Shown one piece after another: positions 37,584 to 46,263 of a stretch of 48,201 nt of DNA (within the stretch, counting starts at the first letter, position 1; each line of letters starts with the position of its first letter). The notes below the pieces were generated by a model, which had not been told where the DNA came from, made no database searches, and saw only the letters and a program-made list of their open reading frames with translations. The stretch is taken from assembly GCA_944385755.1 (NCBI GenBank), contig CALWYN010000005.1, positions 1 through 48,201 of the forward strand, read 5' to 3'. A program made the translations under genes and the position numbers. This stretch comes from an uncultured Oscillospiraceae bacterium (GTDB lineage Bacteria > Bacillota > Clostridia > Oscillospirales > Oscillospiraceae).

Positions 37584-38867
37584 TTACTCGTATCTCAGCG
37601 CCTCTATGGGGTCCATCTGCGCGGCCTTGTTGGCAGGGTAATAGCCGAAAAACACGCCGACGGCGAGGGAAAACCCGACCGCGAGCGCCACGCTGCCGAC
37701 GCTCGGGAACGTGGCCTCGCTCAGCAGCGAACTGCCCAGCAGACCGATTGCGCCGCCGAGGACGATGCCGATTATGCCGCCTATAAGGCAGATTATCGCG
37801 CTCTCGACCACGAACTGTATGCGGATGTTCGCGTTTGTCGCGCCGAGGGCCTTGCGTGTGCCTATCTCCCTTGTGCGCTCGGTGACGGATACAAGCATGA
37901 TGTTCATGACCCCGATGCCGCCCACGAGCAGGGATATGGCCGCTATTACCGAGATGGCGATGGACAGGGTGTCCATGATGGAATTTACCGACTCTATCAT
38001 GCTGTCCATACTCATGGCGTAGACACTGTAGTCCTCGTTGCGCGAGTAGTAGCGGTTCAGAAAGTTTTCAAGCTCCTGCGCGACCGCCGCCCCGTCCGTA
38101 CCGGCTGCCGCCTGAACGGTGATGCTGCTGAAACCCTCGTCCGCGCCGCTTATGCGCTTGGCGGTGGAGAGCGGTATGTACAGCGAGGTGGTCACGTCCT
38201 GCTCTGAAGCGGTAGAGATACCCATCGCCGAGGCCTCGTACTCGTAGACGCCGACTATGCGGAAGCGGCAGATCTCGTCTGATAGCTCCACGGCTATGGT
38301 GCTGCCGAGCGCGGCGTCTGTGTCGCCGCCGAACATATTGTTTACCAGCCTGTCGCTGGCGACGCAGACCATGCGCTCGCCGTCCGAGTCCGTCTCACGC
38401 AGGAAGCGCCCGGCGAGCAGCTCCGTGCTGTCGGCGGTGAAATACTCCTCATTTACGCCGGTGACGCTGACGTTGGCGTAGAGCCTGCCGTCTCTGGCCT
38501 GACCGCTGCCCGCGGACTCGGAGAGGCTCACGGCGGCGATGTCCCCGCCGTAGCGGCTGCGCATCTCGTCGAGCATATCCGTGGTAATGAGGTCGGACGC
38601 CTCGGGCGTGGAGCTGCTTCCGCGCAGCATACTCACGGCCCCTCCGCTGCTGTCACGCTCCTGCAGGGATATGCTGATGGAGGACGCGCCCATACTGCTC
38701 ATGGTGCCGGTTATGGAGCCGGAGAGCGCGTCGCCCACGGTGAGTATGCCTATTACCGCGGCGATGCCGATGATTATGCCGAGCATGGTCAGCACGGCGC
38801 GCATTTTGTTGGCGCTGAGGCCCTCAAGCGCCAGGCGCAGGCTCTCTTTGAGTCCCACTGAGTACAC
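37584..38867 (-). CDS. MacB/FtsX-type ABC permease (4 TM with a large extracytoplasmic domain)
   Basis: N-terminal LxxNKMRAVLTMLGIIIG, a large loop, and the C-terminal FtsX domain (TREIGTRKALGA). The start is either GTG 38867 or GTG 38858; both overlap the ATPase gene's 3' end. Confidence 0.9.
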   Translation of the reverse strand: MYSVGLKESLRLALEGLSANKMRAVLTMLGIIIGIAAVIGILTVGDALSGSITGTMSSMGASSISISLQERDSSGGAVSMLRGSSSTPEASDLITTDMLDEMRSRYGGDIAAVSLSESAGSGQARDGRLYANVSVTGVNEEYFTADSTELLAGRFLRETDSDGERMVCVASDRLVNNMFGGDTDAALGSTIAVELSDEICRFRIVGVYEYEASAMGISTASEQDVTTSLYIPLSTAKRISGADEGFSSITVQAAAGTDGAAVAQELENFLNRYYSRNEDYSVYAMSMDSMIESVNSIMDTLSIAISVIAAISLLVGGIGVMNIMLVSVTERTREIGTRKALGATNANIRIQFVVESAIICLIGGIIGIVLGGAIGLLGSSLLSEATFPSVGSVALAVGFSLAVGVFFGYYPANKAAQMDPIEALRYE

Positions 38868-39564
38868 CTCCGTCCTCGTACAGCAGCCCGTCGCGCATGG
38901 TGAGTATGCGGCCCGTCTCCTCGGCCAGCGCCGGGTTGTGCGTGATAAGCACGATTGTTTTGCCCTGTTCCCTGTTCAGCCGGTGGAAGAGGTCCATGAC
39001 CATGCGCCCGGTCTTGCTGTCCAGCGCGCCTGTCGGCTCGTCGGCGAGGATTATGGCCGGGTCGTTGGCCATTGCGCGGGCTATGGCCACGCGCTGCTTC
39101 TGCCCGCCGGACAGCTCGTTGGGCTGGTGGCTCATGCGGTCCTCCATGCCCACCATCTCCAGCAGTTCCTTCGCCCTCGCCGTGCGCTGCCGCTGCGGTA
39201 TGCCGGCGTACATCATGGGCAGCTCCACGTTCTTGAGCGCGTTCGTCCGGGATATCAGGTTGAAGTTCTGGAACACGAAGCCTATTTTGCGGTTGCGTAT
39301 GGCCGACAGCTCGTCGTCGGCCGCGTCCTCAATCACGGTGCCGTCGAGCGTGTAGCAGCCCTCCGTGGGCTTGTCAAGTACGCCAATCAGGTTCATCAGC
39401 GTGGATTTGCCTGAGCCGGAGGCTCCGACGATGGAGATAAACTCGCCCTCCCAAGCGTCGAGGTCTATGCCGTGGAGGATTTCCAGCTCGTTGGGTTCGC
39501 CGATGTAGAAGCGCTTGACTATCCCGCGCATCTCGATTAGTTTTTTCCGCTTTTCCATGCTCAT
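38824..39564 (-). CDS. MacB-type ABC ATP-binding protein
   Basis: Walker A GASGSGKST, signature LSGGQKQR, Walker B ILADEPTGALD, and the typical FxFQxFNL motif. Confidence 0.95.
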   Translation of the reverse strand: MSMEKRKKLIEMRGIVKRFYIGEPNELEILHGIDLDAWEGEFISIVGASGSGKSTLMNLIGVLDKPTEGCYTLDGTVIEDAADDELSAIRNRKIGFVFQNFNLISRTNALKNVELPMMYAGIPQRQRTARAKELLEMVGMEDRMSHQPNELSGGQKQRVAIARAMANDPAIILADEPTGALDSKTGRMVMDLFHRLNREQGKTIVLITHNPALAEETGRILTMRDGLLYEDGGVLSGTQREPAPGA

Positions 39565-41576
39565 CCGAAGAAGCCCCGCGAGCTCTGCGTGTTGACGCCC
39601 ACACCGGCGGTCACTGTCTCCCCGAGCAGCTGCATGTATGCGTCTGGGTCATTTATAACCCGCAGGCCCTCGTCTACGCCCACACCGGAGACGGCTATGT
39701 CCAAATCGTCGTCCATGCCCGTGGTCACAGGCAGCTCCTCAATGAGGTAGCGCCCGTCGGACTGCTCCGTCGCGACGAGCACGCAGCTCTCTCCCGCCGC
39801 ATTCTCGTATACGGCATCGTACGGCACGGCGAGCACCGAGTCGGCGCGCTCCACTATGTAGTCGAGCTGGGCGTCCATGCCTATATACAGCCCGCTGTTT
39901 TTGCCCGTTATCTCCACCTCGGCGGCAAAGACAGCGTCACTGCTCGTGTCCGTGACCCCGGAGCTGGTCTTGTTGGAGGTGGGGGCTATGCTGCTCACGA
40001 CGCCGCTTATTTCCTCGTCGCCGGTGGCGTCCGAGCGTATCACTACCTCCATACCGGTGATCACCGTGCCCATGTCGTAGCCCTGCACGGACGTCTCCAC
40101 CACCAAATCGTCCACGTCCTCAATCACGAAGAGCAGCCCGGAGCCGGATGCCCCGACCTCGGCGTAAACGGCGGTGACGGTACCATCGCAGGGCGCGGTT
40201 ATCTGCGTCCCCTCCAGCTCTACGCGCAGCTGCCGCAGGCTCTCCTCAGCCGTGGCGGTGTTCGCATTGGCGTAGGCGCTCGAGAGGTTGTTTTGATAGG
40301 TCTGAAGCTGGTCCTGCACCTGCTTCTCCGTCGTATCAAGGTTCGTCAGCGCCTCCTGATAGCTGCGCCACGCGCTCTCGACATTTGTGGCGTAGTCGGC
40401 GAGCGTGTTGTCCACGCTCGTCATGGTGGCATTATAGGTGGCGAGCTGTGTCTCGTAGCTGTACTCGGCGTTATCGTAGCTGCTCTCGGCACTTGTGAGC
40501 TGCGTCTCGGCGGTGGAGAGCGCAGTCTCGGCCTGCGTCAGCGCTGCCTCGAGCTGGGAGAGTTCTGTATTAAGCTCCGATATCTGCCGTTCCACTTCTG
40601 CGAGCTGTGCTTGCAGCGAGGCCAGATCTCCCCCGCTGCCGCTGCCGGAGGTCTGCCCGGCAACGCCGGGGTCAACCTCGGGAGAAGTTTCGGTCGTGGG
40701 CGTCGGCGTCTGAACAACATTCTGCTGAGACTCCAACTGGGATATCTGCGCTTCCAGCTCGTTCTTTTGAGCGTTAAGCCTTTCCAGTTCATCCTCAGCG
40801 TCGTCCACGGCGGTTTTAGCCGTGCGATAACTGTCATATGCCGCGCTGTAACTCTCCTCTGCCGCTTCCAGCGCGTCGGCGGCAGATTTGAGGTTGCTCT
40901 CAGCCGTGTGCAGGGCGCTCTCGGCGTTTATGACCGTCGTGTTCTCGCCCACGTCAAGGCTCTCGAGATAGCGCTCGTATGTGAGCATGGCGCTCTCGTA
41001 GGAGGCGTACGCGCTGTCCACCTGGCTCTGCGCGCTGTTGAGGCTGCTGTTCAGGCCGTTTTCTATGCCGTAGAGGTAGTTGTCGTAGTTGTCCTGCGCG
41101 GACTGGATTTGTGTGCTTCCGCTCCACTGTGAGGCGCTGATGCTGGCCTCCTGACTGGATATCTGGTCCTGTATGCTCTGGTCATCCAGCTCAGCGAGCA
41201 GCTCGCCCTCCTCGACGTAATCGCCCACCTCGGCATAAACTCCCATGACGGTGTAGGAGTTGGTGGAGTAGACCATCGTGCTCTGGGCGCTCTCCACTGT
41301 GCCGGTGGCGCTTATGCTGCGCTCCATGTCCGTATATGCCAGCACGGTCGTGTCATTCAAATCGAGCTGCGCACTGTTCCCGGACCCTCCGAGCAGCATG
41401 GGCAAACCGACGGCGGCGACAACCACCGCGGCGGCAACGCCGATGGCTACAACGCGTTTTCGCCCTCCCTTTTTCCGGGACTTGGCGCCGTTTGCCGCGC
41501 TGTGCCTTCCTGATTTGAACAGGCTTTTGACAGAGCTTTTAAGTCTTTGCATTGTGTTTTTGGGCTTGGTTTGCAT
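39561..41576 (-). CDS. HlyD/MacA-like periplasmic-adaptor-family protein with an extended coiled coil (YknX-like)
   Basis: N-terminal TM anchor, barrel-sandwich/lipoyl halves (GTVESA...GDYVEEGELLAELD; TQITAPCDGTVTAVYAEVG), very long heptad-rich helices, and C-terminal beta-barrel domains. AAGGAG RBS before ATG 41576. Confidence 0.88.
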   Translation of the reverse strand: MQTKPKNTMQRLKSSVKSLFKSGRHSAANGAKSRKKGGRKRVVAIGVAAAVVVAAVGLPMLLGGSGNSAQLDLNDTTVLAYTDMERSISATGTVESAQSTMVYSTNSYTVMGVYAEVGDYVEEGELLAELDDQSIQDQISSQEASISASQWSGSTQIQSAQDNYDNYLYGIENGLNSSLNSAQSQVDSAYASYESAMLTYERYLESLDVGENTTVINAESALHTAESNLKSAADALEAAEESYSAAYDSYRTAKTAVDDAEDELERLNAQKNELEAQISQLESQQNVVQTPTPTTETSPEVDPGVAGQTSGSGSGGDLASLQAQLAEVERQISELNTELSQLEAALTQAETALSTAETQLTSAESSYDNAEYSYETQLATYNATMTSVDNTLADYATNVESAWRSYQEALTNLDTTEKQVQDQLQTYQNNLSSAYANANTATAEESLRQLRVELEGTQITAPCDGTVTAVYAEVGASGSGLLFVIEDVDDLVVETSVQGYDMGTVITGMEVVIRSDATGDEEISGVVSSIAPTSNKTSSGVTDTSSDAVFAAEVEITGKNSGLYIGMDAQLDYIVERADSVLAVPYDAVYENAAGESCVLVATEQSDGRYLIEELPVTTGMDDDLDIAVSGVGVDEGLRVINDPDAYMQLLGETVTAGVGVNTQSSRGFFG

Positions 41577-41640
41577 CTGGGTTACTCCTTTCCCTTGCGG
41601 GCATACCGGTATTAAAGGCAGATACATTGTAGCCCTGTTT

Positions 41641-41719
41641 GAGAAACTGAAAATTAACTCTCGTCCCCGCGCCTGTAAAGAAACTGTGAATTGCCGGGCG
41701 AGTTAATTTTCAGTTAATC
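41641..41719. promoter_or_regulatory. divergent promoter region with mirrored 20-bp boxes (candidate response-regulator sites)
   Basis: GAGTTAATTTTCAGTTAATC at 41700-41719 (plus strand) and GAGTTAATTTTCAGTTTCTC as the reverse complement of 41641-41660. They lie 8 and 9 nt upstream of TATAAT (41728-41733, plus) and TACAAT (41626-41631, minus). Each box contains an 11-bp-spaced AGTT(A/T) direct repeat. Confidence 0.55.
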
Positions 41720-41760
41720 TTTTGCGGTATAATGGAAATCACAACGAGGGAGGTGCGGGG

Positions 41761-42438
41761 ATGTTTCAAATTCTCGTAGTAGAGGACGATGCAAACACCG
41801 CCCGTCTGATGCGGGCGGTACTGAAGCACGCCGGTTACAGTGTCTATTCGGCAGCGAACGGGCTGGAGTCGCTGGAACTCACCGACAGGCAGCACATAGA
41901 TTTGATTTTGCTGGACGTTATGATGCCGGTCATGGACGGCTATGAGTTTGCCGAGCAGCTCAGGAGCGGCGGCGACAACACGCCAATCCTCATGGTGACG
42001 GCAAAGGATTTGCCGGAGGAAAAGTGCAAAGGCTTTCTGGTCGGCACCGATGATTACATGGTCAAACCCGTCAACGAGGAGGAGATGCTGCTGAGAATAA
42101 AAGCGCTGCTGCGCCGCTCGCGGATTGCCAGCGAGCGCAAGCTGCGCATAGGGAAAGTGACGCTTGACTACGATTCGCTGACTGTTTCCAGAGAGAGCCA
42201 GGAGCAGACGCTGCCGCAAAAGGAATTTTATCTGCTCTACAAGCTACTCTCCTACCCGGGCAAGATTTTCACCCGCCTGCAGCTGATGGACGAGATATGG
42301 GGCATGGAGTCAAACACAGTTGACACCACCGTAAACGTACATATCACCCGTCTGCGCCGGAGGTTCGAGACGTGGCCCGAATTTGAGATTATCGCCATAC
42401 GGGGCATCGGCTACAAGGCGGTGATACACAATGAGTAA
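41761..42438 (+). CDS. OmpR/PhoB-family response regulator
   Basis: Receiver domain (ILVVEDD...DLILLDVMMP...K) and a winged-helix output domain (LTxKEFxLLxxL...VxVHIxRLRRK-like). ATG 41761 follows GGGAGG. Confidence 0.93.
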   Translation: MFQILVVEDDANTARLMRAVLKHAGYSVYSAANGLESLELTDRQHIDLILLDVMMPVMDGYEFAEQLRSGGDNTPILMVTAKDLPEEKCKGFLVGTDDYMVKPVNEEEMLLRIKALLRRSRIASERKLRIGKVTLDYDSLTVSRESQEQTLPQKEFYLLYKLLSYPGKIFTRLQLMDEIWGMESNTVDTTVNVHITRLRRRFETWPEFEIIAIRGIGYKAVIHNE

Positions 42439-43462
42439 GCTGAAAGCGTCTTTGAAGTATTTTCGCCTGACGCTGGTTTTCGCCTTCGTCGTTTTCCTGA
42501 TTATGCTCTCGACGATGCTGCTGACCTACTGCGGAGCCTCCCTGCTGACCGGCCTCGGCCTGCTGGAAGGCGGCGGCATGGCGCGCGTCCCGCTGTTTAT
42601 CTTTTGCCTGACCAGCGTGGCGGTCGGCACCGTGCTTGCGGCGGCATTCAGCCGCAAGCCCCTTCGGCCGCTGCGGGAGCTGATGGCAGCCACAGACAGG
42701 GTGGCCGACGGAGATTACAGCGTGAGGCTGAGCCTGAAAGGCCCGGAAGAGCTGCGCACGCTGGGAGAAAAGTTCAACCACATGGTCGAGGAAATCGGCA
42801 GCGTGGAGATGCTGCGCACAGACTTTGTCAACAGCTTTTCCCACGAGTTCAAGACGCCCATCGTGTCCATCCGCGGCTTCGCCAGAGCGCTGAAATGGGA
42901 AGACCTTACCGACGATGAGCGCAGCGAGTATCTGGACATTATCATCAATGAGTCCGAACGCCTCTCGTCCCTCGCCGCCAACGTGCTCTATCTCTCAAAA
43001 ATTGAAAACCAGACCATCCTGACCGGCAAAACGCGCTTTAATCTCAGCGAGCAGCTGCGGCTGGTCATAGCCCTGCTGGACCAGAAGCTGACCGCCAAAA
43101 AGCTCGACATTGTTTTTGACAATCAGGAGTGCTACGTATCCGGCAACGAGGAGATGCTGCGGCAGGTGTGGATTAACCTGCTGGACAACGCCGTCAAGTT
43201 CTCACCCGAGGGCGGCCAAATTGACGTTGTCGTGCAGGAAACCGAAAACGGCGCCGTTGTCAGGATCCGAAATCAGGGCGAGGAGATCCCGCCCGAAACT
43301 CAGGAGCATATTTTCGACAAGTTCTATCAGGGCGACCGCTCCCATTCCACGGAGGGCAACGGGCTGGGGCTTGCGATTGTGAAAAAGATTGTCGACCTGC
43401 ACGGCGGGACGGTGTCCGTTGCGTCCTCCCCGGCAGGCAGCGAGTTTACAGTCGCGCTGTAA
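42431..43462 (+). CDS. sensor histidine kinase, intramembrane-sensing type
   Basis: Two TMs separated by a very short loop, HAMP, H-box FSHEFKTPI, and N/G1/G2 boxes (NLLDNAVKF, GLGLAIVKKIV). An 8-nt overlap with the RR gene. Confidence 0.92.
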   Translation: MSKLKASLKYFRLTLVFAFVVFLIMLSTMLLTYCGASLLTGLGLLEGGGMARVPLFIFCLTSVAVGTVLAAAFSRKPLRPLRELMAATDRVADGDYSVRLSLKGPEELRTLGEKFNHMVEEIGSVEMLRTDFVNSFSHEFKTPIVSIRGFARALKWEDLTDDERSEYLDIIINESERLSSLAANVLYLSKIENQTILTGKTRFNLSEQLRLVIALLDQKLTAKKLDIVFDNQECYVSGNEEMLRQVWINLLDNAVKFSPEGGQIDVVVQETENGAVVRIRNQGEEIPPETQEHIFDKFYQGDRSHSTEGNGLGLAIVKKIVDLHGGTVSVASSPAGSEFTVAL

Positions 43463-43489
43463 CACTCGACCCGGAGCTACAGCGACGCA

Positions 43490-43523
43490 AAACAACCCGG
43501 ATGCTCAGGCATCCGGGTTGTTT
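43490..43523. terminator. bidirectional terminator between the kinase and sigma-like genes
   Basis: AAACAACCCGGATGC-tcag-GCATCCGGGTTGTTT. Confidence 0.7.
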
Positions 43524-43566
43524 ACGCACATACATGGGAACCATGTATAGAAGTGCGCCATTCGGT

Positions 43567-44565
43567 TTATTCAAACGCTACCAGCATCCTCTTCGGCAGC
43601 TTTTCTCCCGCGTGCGCTCTCAAGTAACGGGCGGCTTGCTTTGCAAAGCGATGGTTTTTGGTTGTGTCAAGCTCGGCAAGGACGGATACTTGCAGCTCGC
43701 CGGTCGCGGGGTTGAGCGTGAACTCGCCCCAGTCGCCGTCGCTGTCGGCCTGGTAGCGGCAGGTGCCGGGTGCAACGCGCTCGATGCGGACGACGTGCAG
43801 CTCGCCGAGTTCGACGAGATTCAGCGTCAGCTTTTCCACGGCTCGGCGGTAGACGCGCTCGGCAGTTCGCGGGCTGGACGACTCGAACTCGATCGCCAAG
43901 TCCTCAAAGCTCGCGCGCTCGCTGAGCGGAGAAACTCGTCCGCAGGTAATGCAGACTGCGTTTCGCCTTTCCAGCAGCGTCTGCTCCCGGAAGCTCAGTT
44001 TTGCAAACGCCTCGCGCACCTTCTCGGCACAGACGCCGTCCCACAGCACGTCGGCATAATCCCAGCTATAGCTTGCCTCTGAAAAGTTCTCCAACGGCGA
44101 CGCGCTCAGCATGAGTTGGGCGATCTTCAAAAACCTTATCGCGGTTGCTTTAGTGCAGCCGCGTTTTTTAATGAACTCATCGACCGCCTCGCGCTGCGAC
44201 GAGCCGTACATGAGCGCTCCCATGCGCCGCGCGGCCTTGTACTCGTCGAGGTTTGAGAACGACCCTGCCTCCTCAAGCATCCGCATACGCAACAGCGCGT
44301 TCATAACGTCGTGGTGAACAAAGGTCGAAAATTTAATACCTTTGCTAGCGTCGAAGTCGTTCCATCGCTCGAGCATCGCGGCGGCGCAGGCGAGCTTGTA
44401 GTCCATGAACGTCTCCTGGTCGAACGCACGATTGCCGAGGAATCTGCGCACAATCTCGTTGAGTTTCGGCTCGTAGCCATATAGGAAACCCTCAAAGGTT
44501 CCGTCTCCGTCCACCGGCGGTGCGCCGCCGCGGAAGGCATTTTCTGCCTGTTTAAGCGTCAGCAT
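43567..44565 (-). CDS. sigma-70-family-like protein of the mobile element, with an extra C-terminal domain
   Basis: Region-2-like segment (KFSTFVHHDVMNALLRM) and region-4-like HTH (SFEDLAIEFESSSPRTAERVYRRAVEKL), plus about 80 additional C-terminal residues. The start overlaps the upstream gene's stop by 7 nt. Confidence 0.7.
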   Translation of the reverse strand: MLTLKQAENAFRGGAPPVDGDGTFEGFLYGYEPKLNEIVRRFLGNRAFDQETFMDYKLACAAAMLERWNDFDASKGIKFSTFVHHDVMNALLRMRMLEEAGSFSNLDEYKAARRMGALMYGSSQREAVDEFIKKRGCTKATAIRFLKIAQLMLSASPLENFSEASYSWDYADVLWDGVCAEKVREAFAKLSFREQTLLERRNAVCITCGRVSPLSERASFEDLAIEFESSSPRTAERVYRRAVEKLTLNLVELGELHVVRIERVAPGTCRYQADSDGDWGEFTLNPATGELQVSVLAELDTTKNHRFAKQAARYLRAHAGEKLPKRMLVAFE

Positions 44566-45635
44566 TTTTTCTCTGCCTCAGCCAATAACGCGCCCTGCGT
44601 CATCTCGGCCTCATAGCTCCCGCGCGCGTAATTCGCGTCGGACAGCGCGCGCTGGAGCTTGTCCTTTGCCAGCTTGCGCATTGTGTCAGCAGTCGCTTTG
44701 TTGAGCTTTCCGCGCCTCTGGCTCTGCAAAATCGTGTTCAGGCGGCGGTTGTAGATTGCTTTCAGCGGGTGGTCGGCGGCAAGCTCGCGCTGCCCGCGTC
44801 CGCGCATTGCTTCCACCTGACGGCACGTCCTGCCGCGCGCATCGCCGGGTGCAAAGCCTCCACAGTACTTCGTGTGCCGAGCGTCGAGCGTGAGGAACCA
44901 GCGCCCGCAGACGGCACTCCGGCGCGGAGCGTGACCGGCGGCAAGACCCTCAAACAAGTCAGAGCGCAGCAGTCCGACGAACGAAACATAGCTCATTCGC
45001 CGCACAAGTCTCGGCGGCTCTCCCGCCGAAAGATACTGCACCGTCGCATTGGCGAGGGACATCAGGCTGTCATTGGACGCGTCAAAGTGCGCACCAAATG
45101 CGGCAGCGAGGCCGTCGGGCGTGCGTTCAATGCCGTCGTCATTTATCCTCTCAGCCAGCGCGGTCATTGTGCGCTTGTATTCACCGAGCGAGTACGCAAG
45201 CTGTGCGAGCACCGGTGCAATTTTGCTCAGCAGCGCGCCCTTACGCAATCCCGGTTCCTGCGCCGCCGCAAGGCCGCGCGTGAGCATTGCCATGTTGAGC
45301 GCGCGGACTTGCGTCAGGGCTTCGGATGAAAAAGCGTCAGCGATGCTCGGAGCATAGAAATCGTAGTCCAGATGCATGAACGGCTCCATGTGCCTCATCG
45401 TATCAAGAACCTCTGACGCCGCACTTTGCGCCTGGCTTAAAAGCTCCTCTGTGACGCTCATCATGCCGAGAGCGGAGATGAACTCGTTTAGCGTCTTGCA
45501 CGGCTCAACAAGCAATGTGATGGCCTCGTCGGGAATGTTCAGCGCCTCACAGCCGAGCGTTCCGGACGGCGCCGTGCGTCCCTCGTATGTAACTGTGTCC
45601 CGCCCAAATTCGAGCGTCAACAGGTTGTGTTCCAT
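44559..45635 (-). CDS. hypothetical element protein with a C-terminal C-x10-H-x3-C-x12-C cluster (DUF6076-like?)
   Basis: The ORF is translationally coupled to the sigma-like gene. ATG 45635 is chosen because it follows GGAGGA, and because a TGgTATAAT extended -10 lies inside the longer track ORF. The family name is from uncertain recollection. Confidence 0.65.
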   Translation of the reverse strand: MEHNLLTLEFGRDTVTYEGRTAPSGTLGCEALNIPDEAITLLVEPCKTLNEFISALGMMSVTEELLSQAQSAASEVLDTMRHMEPFMHLDYDFYAPSIADAFSSEALTQVRALNMAMLTRGLAAAQEPGLRKGALLSKIAPVLAQLAYSLGEYKRTMTALAERINDDGIERTPDGLAAAFGAHFDASNDSLMSLANATVQYLSAGEPPRLVRRMSYVSFVGLLRSDLFEGLAAGHAPRRSAVCGRWFLTLDARHTKYCGGFAPGDARGRTCRQVEAMRGRGQRELAADHPLKAIYNRRLNTILQSQRRGKLNKATADTMRKLAKDKLQRALSDANYARGSYEAEMTQGALLAEAEKKC

Positions 45636-45663
45636 CGTGTCCTCCAGTGGGAAATTTGAGGAT

Positions 45664-45672
45664 ATTATACCA
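45664..45672 (-). promoter_or_regulatory. extended -10 promoter element (TGgTATAAT) for the Cys-cluster/sigma-like operon
   Basis: The reverse complement of 45664-45672 reads TGGTATAAT. A weak -35 (TTTTCA) lies 17 nt upstream. Confidence 0.45.
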
Positions 45673-45786
45673 TGCGTCATGTTTTTTGAAAATGGCTTGT
45701 CATGCTGTTTGCCGTGTTTTTCGCGTTTTCCCCATAATATTAGTGGAGGGCGTTGCCCTACTACTTAACGCATTGGAGGAATGCGA

Positions 45787-46263
45787 ATGATAGACTACAG
45801 CAAAATGAAGCACACAGTGCCGCCCATCGAGGCGGCGAAACGCTACGGCTCTGTAAAGCACGGCTTCATGCGCTGTCCGTTCCACGCGGACAGGACGCCG
45901 AGCCTGAAGCTCTACAGCGACCACTTCCACTGCTTCGGCTGCGGGGCACACGGGGATGTGATCGATCTCGCCGCGGGGCTGCTCGGCTGCTCAAAGGCTG
46001 AGGCGGCAAAGCATCTCGAAGCGGACTTCGGCTCCGTCGGCTTTGTGCCGCCACTGGGGTTGGCGGCGTGTAAGTGTGAGCTTTCCCGCTGCCGTTCTGC
46101 CCTCGCGCCGAAGTCGCCGGGCGACGTAATCGCGGACGGCTACGCCGAAGCGTGTACGCTCGACGCGTGGGCCGGCTATCTGCTCGACGTGGGCGCGAGT
46201 CGGGACGAGACGCGACTTGTGGAGCAGAAAACCGCGCGGCTGATGGAGGGTTTGCGTGACTAA
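45787..46263 (+). CDS. CHC2 zinc-finger primase-domain protein
   Basis: CPFHADRTPSLKLYSDHFHCFGCGAHGDVIDL, the classical DnaG/TraC-type CHC2 finger. ATG 45787 has better spacing from GGAGGA than ATG 45781. Confidence 0.85.
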   Translation: MIDYSKMKHTVPPIEAAKRYGSVKHGFMRCPFHADRTPSLKLYSDHFHCFGCGAHGDVIDLAAGLLGCSKAEAAKHLEADFGSVGFVPPLGLAACKCELSRCRSALAPKSPGDVIADGYAEACTLDAWAGYLLDVGASRDETRLVEQKTARLMEGLRD

